Assembly (NCBI RefSeq): GCF_036321535.1
Contig: NC_087437.1
Coordinates: 109,060,001 to 109,124,000 of the forward strand
Length of the DNA stretch: 64,000 bases
Direction of reading: 5' to 3'
DNA from: Camelus dromedarius
Lineage: Eukaryota
Shown here: positions 1-8,860 of the stretch, piece after piece
Position numbering within the stretch: position 1 is the first letter of the stretch
Layout of the letters: each line of letters starts with the position of its first letter
Position numbers and translations under genes: made by a program
The notes under the pieces: generated by a model
The model's database searches: none
Told to the model about the DNA's origin: nothing
The model's input: the letters and a program-made list of their open reading frames with translations, nothing else

Positions 1-544
1 ACTTGTAGCCTACGTTTTGTAGTGTAAAGTAAGACTTGTGATGTAAAACGAGACTTATCACTAAGATCTGGCCTGGCACATTTGAGTCTGTCAAGGAAGT
101 CATTTTCTTCTTGTTGGAGGAACTTTACCGTTTGTAGAATGTGTCCCTTGTTCTGAAGCAGCAAGGCCTCCGACCAGCTGCCAGAAGTTGGGGAATAGGG
201 CATGGAGAATGGTGGGGTGCCGTATGCCAGTTGCCCTGCTCAACCCCATCCCGAAGTGTGACCTCTGGTGACCTATACACATGCCCATTAACATCTTATA
301 GTGCCCAGGATGGGGATGCCACCCAGAAATTTCTCAGCCCCCATCTCTTTGCTCATTAGAGGTGAATTTCTCAGTATGGTGTGTCTCATTTTCAGAGAGC
401 CATGAAGTCCTTGCTTCAACAAGGTCTTCCCTCCTTCACCCTCCCTCTTTACCAAGAACCTTTTTTCCCTAAAATTAGAAAAACTGCTCTGAAGAATCCA
501 TTTTAAATCAGGTAAACTGAATAAATACTTCCAGGTGCTCTATT

Positions 545-860
545 TTTTAAAATTTATTTTTATTAATTTTTTTTTCCTCTTCCCTTTTTTTTAATTGAAG
601 TGTAGTCAGTTTACAATGTTGTATTCATTTCTGGTGTACAACGTAGTGACATAGTCATACATACATACATACATATATGTTCCTTTTCATATTATTTTTC
701 ATTATAGGCCATTACAAGTTATTGAATATGTTCCCTGTGCTATAAAGTAAGACCTTGTTTATCTATTTTATATGCAGTAGGACCTTGTCGTTTATCTATT
801 TTATATACAGTAGTTAGTATCTACAAATCTATTTTCTATACGGTAGTTAGTATCTACAAA
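545..860 (-). mobile_element. L1 3'-end fragment with internal tandem duplications
   Basis: T-rich tail, then aattgaagtgtagtcagtttacaatgttg...ttccctgtgctata, shared with copies at ~26.1 and ~27.7 kb. Confidence 0.75.
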
Positions 861-998
861 TGTTTCTGGGCTCTCTAGAGGCCTGTTTTCAGTTCTGTCT
901 TAGTGGTGAGTATTTTAATTTATATTTGCCAGTGTCACGTTTTATAAGCCTATTCCCCAAAGTTTTCTGTGAGTGAACCCTGGCCTGTGTCTTCGCAG

Positions 999-1058
999 GG
1001 TTGATGACACGCAGAAGCATGCTCTCTCGGACCTCCCCGGCGCCACCTGCCACGCAGA
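999..1058 (+). other. BACH1: 5' UTR portion of BACH1 exon 2 (60 nt, two upstream ATGs)
   Basis: Lies between the acceptor and the main ATG; ATGs at 1004 and 1019. Confidence 0.85.
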
Positions 1059-1304
1059 ATGTCGCTGAGTGAGACCGCGGTGTTCGCGTACGAGTCCTCG
1101 GTGCACAGCGCCCACTTGCTGCTCAGCCTGGACGAGCAGCGCCGCAAGGACGTGCTGTGCGACGTCACGGTAGTGGTGGAGGGCCGGCCCTTCCGCGCCC
1201 ACCGCGCCGTGCTGGCCGCCTGCAGCGGCTACTTCCACTCCAGGCTCGCGGGCCAGGGCCAGGGCCAGGAGGACGCCGGGCTGCGCATCACTCTGCCCGA
1301 AGAG
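1059..1304 (+). CDS. BACH1: BACH1 first coding exon (exon 2), N-terminal half of BTB/POZ domain, 82 codons
   Basis: Acceptor tcttcgcag|GG at 998/999, ATG at 1059, [16 protein letters not shown]...[27 protein letters not shown]...ITLPEE, donor GAG|gtggga at 1304/1305. Confidence 0.97.
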
Positions 1305-1994
1305 GTGGGAGAGGGTGCCGCGATTCCAGTTCAATCTGAGTTACATCTCTTGCGGTTAATCAGTATTCTAAAGATAAAACGCGGTCTCCTTGTCATCAGG
1401 CTGAAAAGTTCCCGGGTTCTGCATCAGCACATTTCTTTAACTTTCTTCATAGGCATGATGGGTATGATGGATTACGGGTAAAATGATTCACTTTGGATGT
1501 TAGTTAACAGTATTGATGAGCAATTGAATATCTTGACCCCTTGTTAGACTGTTTTTGATGAAATGACCCAGCCAGTGGATTACAGACATTGAAGTGGTCA
1601 CACTCGGAGGGGCCACACTCTGTGCCAGCCCCTCCCTTTGGACACTTTTCCTGTGTTGGGAAACTGACTGGGGTTAGGGTTCTCCAAAGCATCCAATTCT
1701 CTAAGAGGTGCCCTCATGGAAAGTAGGTGGTCCACAAGTGTTTCCTTTCTCCCCCCTTTCTTCTTTCTGTGCAGCTCTGCATTGGTAGAAAAAAGGTGAT
1801 TTTGTGTCATATTTTAGAGCCTTGTTCTTTTAAAAAAAAATTTTATTTCTATAGAGCCTTGTTCTTACACACCTTTTGAAGGCCCACCAGCCTGTTGTGG
1901 AGCGTTAGGTCCAGAACTTTAGGTCCTTATTATGGTCCTGCCTCCAACAAACCTCTCTCTGGGCAAGACTACTGGGTACACTGACTCAACTCTT

Positions 1995-2156
1995 TTTTGT
2001 TTGTTTGTTTGTTTAATCTCTTAGAAAAAAAATTTTTTTTGGAGGGGGAGGTAACTAGGTTTATTTTATAATTTTTTTTAATGGAGGTATTGGGGATTGA
2101 ACCCAGGACTTCATGCATGCTAAGCACGTGCTCTACCACTGAGCTATACCCTCCCC
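1995..2156 (-). mobile_element. tRNA-Ala-derived SINE (camelid Vic-1-like) in BACH1 intron 2
   Basis: Reverse complement GGGTATAGCTCAGTGGTAGAGCACGTGCTTAGCATGCATGAAGTCCTGGGTTCAATCCCC, an A-rich tail, and TSD ctgactca(a)ctctt at 1981-1994 and 2157-2169. Confidence 0.9.
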
Positions 2157-2779
2157 CTGACTCACTCTTATATCATAATAGTTTGCTTGATTTCAGTACT
2201 AACTGCAGCTAGAAGAAAGCTGAGCCTTGTGGCATCGGGACACACATAAGAAATTGTTTAGAGGAATTTAGACATAGTATGTAAAACTTCTCTGTGTATG
2301 GACAGGTCTGTGTGAGCTGCTCTGTGATGACACTAAGTCTCCAGTTTGGCTTAACGCTGGCATGCATACATCCATGAAATTGGCGCTGCAGTTTGGAGAA
2401 TCAGCAGGTTGTCACTTCTGTGGCAGGAGTAAGAGCAAATAATACAATAACAAGACAATGACAAGAAAGGCCAACTATAGGTTAGCCATTGTTTTTTAGA
2501 AAGTTGCAACATATATTATAACAGAGATATCCTTGTTATGGTCCGTAATTTCAAATTACTTAATAAGACTTTTCAAGTATAGAAAATTTTGATTCACGTA
2601 AACTGAATGAAATGTGTATGTGTCCATGCACTTGTGAATACAAGTGTATTCATTCTAATTTGAGTGTAAATTGTAAGTTTTCAGATATTTGAAGTATTTC
2701 ATCATAGTGACAGATTGAAAAGATTACTGTATAACTCACTGTCTTAAAAGCCTTTTTGATTATTTTAAATTAGTAAATT

Positions 2780-3680
2780 TTTTTTAATTTAGAATTTTTA
2801 TTGAGATAACTGTAAATGCACGTCCAGTTATAAGACATAATGCAGAGGGATCCCTTGTACACTTGTCCAGTTTCCGTCAATGGTAACATTTTTCAAAATT
2901 ATAGTATAATAACACAGCCAGGATTCTGATATAAATACGGTTCACTCATCTTATTCAGACTTCCCCAGTTTTACATGTACTAAATTGTATGTGTGTATGA
3001 AGTTCTATACAGTTCCATTCCCTGGGTGGGTCCCAGTATCTACCACCCCATTCAAGATACTGAGCAGTTCCAAGAGCCGCCCAGCGATTCCTCGTATTGC
3101 CCTTTTATCATCACCCCCACTTCTTTCCTGCCCTCTGCTCTCACTCCCTTACCCTCTCCCTCCGTTCCTAATACCCGGCAACCACTAATCTGTCCTTTCC
3201 TAAAGTGTCATCATTTCAAAAGTGTTATATAAATGGAATCATGTAATATGTGACCTTTTGGGATTGACCTTTTCCCACTTACCACAATTCCCTTGAGATT
3301 TATCGAAGTTGTGTGCATCAGTAGTGTGTTCTTTTTACTGCTGAGTATTCCATAGTGTGTGTGTACTAGTTTGTATTTAACTGCACACCTACTGAAGGGA
3401 ATCAGGCTAATTCCAATTTTTGGCTGTTAGAGACCAAATTGCTGTGAACATTTGTGCATAGATTTTTGTACAAACTGGAGTTTTCATTTCTCTGGCATAA
3501 AAGAACAGGAGTCCACTTGCTGGAACACATGGGTAGTTAATGTATAGTTTTGTAAGAAACTACCAAACTGGTTTTCAAAGTGGCTGTACCATTTTACATT
3601 CCCACCAGCAATGAATGACTAGTCTAATTTCTCCACATCCTCACCAGTGTTTGGTGTTATGGCTATTTTTTTATTTTAAT
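2780..3680 (-). mobile_element. Old L1 (L1MB/L1MC-like) 3' region
   Basis: Typical L1 antisense phrases: aatggaatcatgtaatatg, caaagtggctgtaccattttacattcccaccagcaatg. Confidence 0.8.
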
Positions 3681-4572
3681 TATTTAAAAGTTAATTAAGT
3701 GCTCACAGTTTAGTAAGTTTTTAAGAAGATCAAAAAAAATTATACTATATTGATCACTCTTAGAGGAATTCAGTGTTTTAAAATTAATTTTGTATTTTGA
3801 GCCCAGAGTGAGGCTTTCCCTGCACTTCAGAAGGTTTCCTTTGCCCCCTACTTTGCAGAGGCAGGTTCAGTGTAAATGTGCAAGTTTCTCCTGAAAGGTT
3901 TTATTACCTAGAGTCTATGAGTCTTTGCTGACACAGTACTGGGCACGATTTTTAGACCTTCACTTAGATCACTTTTTAACTCTGAATCTTTAAAAATTTT
4001 ATTAGAAATTTTTGGCATGGAATAAAGATGATAGTTAACCATTTACCGTGCGTTCACCTTGGATCAGGACTACTTTAAGTGCTTTAGATATATTGTTTTC
4101 CATCCTTGAAAACTTCACTTTTGTAGTTTCTAGCAGTTGGGGAGTTGTTTGGAAGATAGTGACCACGTGGACCTGGGCTGGCAACAGACTCCTGGCATTT
4201 GACTATGTTGCAAGTTGTGTCTGTGCTGCTTTCTTCCATAGATGACTTCTTTCAGCTAATGTGGAAAATTGTGATAATGTTTATATCTCTTCCTCATCTG
4301 AGCAAACCGTAATCCATGGGTCATTAAGAGTGGAATCTATAAAGTGGAGGGTGTGGTCCTAGTGAACACAGTGTGATAAGCGTGCTTTTCCAGACTCCCT
4401 TAGCTTTGCATTTCCTAGAAGAATATTTTTTCTTTCCAAATTAATTAAAATACCCTTTTTATAATTATCACGAAACTGCTACTCATCTCACTCTTCTCTC
4501 CTTCTTCTCTTGTACTTATCTACTAGACAGCCTCCAGGTAACAGATTCTGTTTTTATTTTGTCTGTTAACAG

Positions 4573-5919
4573 GTGACAGTTAAAGGCTTTGAACCTTTGA
4601 TTCAGTTTGCCTACACTGCGAAACTGATTTTAAGTAAGGACAATGTGGATGAAGTGTACAAGTGTGTGGAATTTTTAGGTGTACCCGATATTGAGGAATC
4701 CTGCTTTCAGTTTCTCAAATATAAGTTTTTGGACTCCACTGCAGACCAGCCAGGATGCCCAAGAAAAAAATGCTTCTCGTCATCCTGTGAGAAAACAGAT
4801 TTTAAATGTTCCCTTTTTGACCAGAGGGATTTAGAAATTGATGAGGTGGAGGAATTCTTGGGAAATAAAAATGTTCAGACCCCTCACTGTAAACTCCGTG
4901 GGCATCAAGGCAGTGCAAAAGTGTCACCTCCTCTGCAGGACAGTGCCAGTCAAACATGTGAATCCATGTGCTTAGAAAAGGATGCTGCTCTGGCTTTGCC
5001 GTCTTTATGCCCCAAATACCGAAAATTCCAAAAAGCTTTCGGAACTGACAGAGTCCGTGCTGTGGAGTCCAGTGTCAAAGACGTTCAGGCTTCTTCTGTT
5101 CAGCCAAATGAGACATCTGAAAGTGATTGTCTGGGAGCAATCCAGGACTGTGCAGATCTGCAGGTGATTTTAAAATGTGAAGACAGAAAATTAGCAATGG
5201 AACATGAAGAAACCAAGAAAAAAGATCCTGCTTCTCAGTGCCCATCAGACAAAACAGAAGCGACTCCTTTCCCCCCGGCTTCTGCAGACCCTCATGGGCT
5301 CTATACTCTGTCTCTCTTACACACGTATGACCAGTATGGTGACTTGAATTTTGCTGGGGTGCAAAACAAGACAGTGTTAACAGAAAAGCCTTTGTCAGGT
5401 TCAGATGTTCGAGAGGAGAAAACTTTTGGTGAGAGTCAAGATTTACATCTGAAATCTGACTCTGGCCCCAGGGAAGATAGTAGTAGCCTTGCCTCGAGTG
5501 ATCTGAGCAGTGTGGAGCGAGAAGTGGCAGAACACCTAGCAAAAGGCTTCTGGAGTGACATTTGCAGCACGGACTCTCCCTGCCAAATGCAGTTATCACC
5601 TGCCGTGGCCAAAGATGGCTCAGAACAGATCTACTCCCAGAAACGGTCTGAGTGTCCCTGGTTAGGTATCAGGATCAGTGAGAGCCCAGAACCTGGTCAA
5701 AGGACTTTTACAACCTTAAGTTCTGTCAATTGCCCTTTTATAAGTACACTTAGTGCCGAAGGCTGTTCAAGCAATTTGGAAATTGGAAATGATGATTATG
5801 TTTCAGAACCTCAGCAGGAACCTTGTCCCTATGCTTGTGTGATTAGCCTGGGAGATGACTCTGAGACGGATACCGAAGGAGACAGTGAACCCTGTTCAGC
5901 CAGAGAACAAGAATGTGAG
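4573..5919 (+). CDS. BACH1: BACH1 exon 3: C-terminal BTB and central region with heme-regulatory CP motifs, 449 codons
   Basis: Acceptor ttaacag|GTG at 4572/4573; VTVKGFEPLIQFAYTAKL...SSVEREVAEHLAKGFWSD...ECPW...NCPF...PCPY...EQECE; donor GAG|gtgagc at 5919/5920. Confidence 0.98.
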
Positions 5920-6322
5920 GTGAGCGGAAAAATGAGTGTGTCGTAAAGTCATCGTTTTACCACCATTAATTGGGGTGAATGCGTCAGCTCCTGCTGCACC
6001 ACTAGGGATATGAGCTGGTTCAGGGAGGGAGGACGAAGCCCACACACAGTTAGTTATAAAACCATGTGATAAATACCAAGAGTGTGTGATGAAGGTTGAA
6101 GGACTTCTGTGTTCATATATTTCCAGCAGGTGTATGTATTATGATAACCAGAGAGTAGATTCACGCATTGGCCATTTAACTGTTTAAATCCAATGCCATG
6201 TCCCAAGAGGAAAAAGAATAGATTCTGTAATCACCATGTGACAACTCCTGGTTAAATACAGCACGTATTCAGTCTTACTCATTGCCACAAGCATGTCTAG
6301 ACATGGGACTAGCCACTTAGCA

Positions 6323-6333
6323 ATGACTTAGCA
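6323..6333 (+). promoter_or_regulatory. ARE/MARE-like element ATGACTTAGCA in BACH1 intron 3
   Basis: Fits RTGAYnnnGCA and differs by one base from ATGACTCAGCA. Function untested. Confidence 0.4.
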
Positions 6334-6435
6334 GTGACTAGTTGTAGGAAAGTGGCTTCTGATCCAGAGTTTTCTTTACACTAGTTTCTCATGGCTATTA
6401 ATGTTTTTCTTATTTTCCCTTCACCATTTCAGCTG

Positions 6436-6503
6436 TGAATTTAAAGGATGTCTTAATAATTTAGCATGAATTTAAAGAATGTCTTAATAATTTAGCATGA
6501 ATT
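6436..6503 (+). repeat. 31-bp tandem duplication in intron 3
   Basis: tgaatttaaag(g/a)atgtcttaataatttagca twice. Confidence 0.9.
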
Positions 6504-7408
6504 ACGTGTAGCTGGTACGGTATTAATCATACCAAGCTTGATCTGTATGTTTTGTATATAAATGTTTGTGTTTGATAGATTTTTTTTTTGGTAAAACATT
6601 ACTATATTTCCAGTAATAATAAGGGCTTGTTAGTTCTTTATCATGTTCTTTGGTTTTATAGCTGTTGGATTTTGAAAGAATGAAAGAGGTTTTTTTCCCC
6701 CTTGGCTTTGGAAAGAGATGATTGGTGATTTAATTTAAGAAGTAATAATGAATGCTTGGGTTGAATCTATAGATTTTTATATGACATTTATAAATCCAGT
6801 GTTTAGAGCTATGAAAACAATGTTAAAAATAAAACATTTAAGAAATTTTAGAATATTTTGTGTAACTAATTTCTGTAAGCTTGAAAACTAAGTTGCCAGG
6901 GAAACTCACCAGTGTTCATTTGTGTTTTTGATGATAATATAATTAAATTGTTCCACAATTTTATTGTTTTTTAAAAATTATCTTTTTTTTTTCAAATTTA
7001 AGTATGAGGAAATGACTTGAAAATATTCATAAGATTTTTCTAACGATTTCTACATTGGCAAGTAGAATAAGTTATGTGAAACTGCCATTTTCCTGACAGA
7101 AAAGTAAATTTTCTGAAATGCTTTAGAAGTTACTAGTGTTATAGACCAGTATTGAATCAGTGCTACACAGTAATATAAATCAAAGAATAAAATATATTTT
7201 GGTTTAGGTAAAAACATAATTTAAAACACTTTAAAAAGAACCTTAATGATATTTATGGGATATTAATATGCCCTAGTAAAGTAATTTAAATTCTGTTTAA
7301 GTATAAATGAAATTCCCTGGAAAATATAGATGCATATCTTCCTCTTTCTGGGTTTAAGCAGAACTACAAAATACAGCACCAATTACTAATGTTAATCTCA
7401 CCTTCTAG

Positions 7409-7615
7409 GTAAAACTGCCATTTAATGCGCAACGAATAATTTCACTCTCTCGAAATGATTTTCAATCCTTGTTGAAAATGCACAAGCTAACTCCAGAACA
7501 GCTGGATTGCATCCACGATATTCGGAGAAGAAGTAAGAACAGAATTGCTGCGCAGCGCTGTCGCAAGAGAAAACTTGACTGCATACAGAATCTGGAATCA
7601 GAAATCGAGAAGCTG
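7409..7615 (+). CDS. BACH1: BACH1 exon 4: CNC and basic region, start of leucine zipper, 69 codons
   Basis: Acceptor ccttctag|GTA at 7408/7409; [22 protein letters not shown]...[33 protein letters not shown]; donor CTG|gtaagt at 7615/7616. Confidence 0.98.
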
Positions 7616-8609
7616 GTAAGTATACAAGTTTCTTGTTATTGTAACTCCAACAATTCATTCTTACTTTCTTTTTTGTACAGGAAACAGCTATTTCAATTCC
7701 TAAGTCAGATATAATGCTCAATTATACATTAATTTTAAAATTTGCCAATTACTATTTTAAGAAAATAAAGCTTAGGAAATCAAAAACAGTGAGAGTTTTT
7801 AATATACTGTTTTACTTAAGAAGTTTTCTCCATGTTTAGCATGATATACTATTATATGTAAGATGAGAACTATTTCTGTGTGCTTTTTTATAAAATGATT
7901 TATAAATGAAGGATAATTTTACTATCTACCTAATCCTTCATGGTAAGGATTAAAGAAATTATAAAGCACTTTAATCTCTTTGTGCTGTGTTTGGCATCTA
8001 TAAAAGCTAATATTCCAGCTGTTAGTTTAAATGAACTGGTAACTTGTTTTGGTTGATACCAGAACAAACCAGCCAACTTTCTTATTATTCAGCTTTGACT
8101 AAATACTTCCCTGCCTTAGAGTATAGCATTTTAGCTCTAGTTATTATTCTGTACTGTAATACAGAGATGCTCTTGAGATTGTTGGGTTGAATAGAACTAT
8201 GGGAAATCTGCATAAACTTGTACTACTGGAGTTCTTACACCTGCTCCTTGTAGTTCTGTCTTCCTCCTCAGCTAGTGATAATTTATAGCTGCCAGTAGAA
8301 TTTATCTAGTTTCCGTCCTTCTAAAAACAAACAAAAATGAAAACAAAACAAAAAAGCCCTTCAGATTGATCAGGTTTGTTTCATCAGTAGCTTTATTTTA
8401 TGCATGTACTATGCAAATATAATGGAGAATAACTATTACCCTTTAAAACCATTCTGTTTCCTGACTCACTAGTCTTATATATATTTTTTTGATTGAAGTC
8501 AGACATTGGATTGCTGGACAATTGATATTTTTACTGAATTTCAGATATCTAAGACGAAGAGGTCTTGCTACTTCCTTTGAACTTTGCTCCCTCTGCCTTT
8601 GCCTCAACA

Positions 8610-8860
8610 GAGAGCAGTGGGAGATGCAGTGGTTCAAAGGATGGGATTCCGAACCACACTCCCATCTGTGGCACTTTGCAACTCTGGGCAGGCTATTTAA
8701 TTTCTCTGCCCCTCAGGTTTCTCCCCTGTAAAATGGGATAAAACTAGCTCTTACTTTATAGAGTGGGTGTTCATTTATGAAGATTAAATGAGTTAGTACA
8801 TCTAAGAGCTTAGAAAAGTGCCTGACACATAGTAAGCACTCAATAAATGCTGCCTTTTTC
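8610..8860 (+). mobile_element. MIR SINE
   Basis: MIR core cctcaggtttctcccctgtaaaatgggata...gtgcctgacacatagtaagcactcaataaatg. Confidence 0.8.

Noticed and set aside
942..1334. 130-aa antisense ORF over BACH1 exon 2
   Set aside because: Shadow of the extreme GC3 of the sense exon, which removes antisense stop codons; no recognisable protein.
1305..1481. ORF extension beyond exon 2 (to 140 aa)
   Set aside because: Intronic read-through past the GT donor at 1305; BTB homology continues in exon 3.
2082..2153. Apparent tRNA-Ala(AGC) gene on the minus strand
   Set aside because: It is followed by a SINE body and A-rich tail, flanked by a TSD, and a second diverged copy lies at 56.5 kb. It is a SINE head, not a tRNA gene.
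5075..5599. 174-aa antisense ORF within exon 3
   Set aside because: Overlaps coding sequence on the opposite strand with no recognisable homology.
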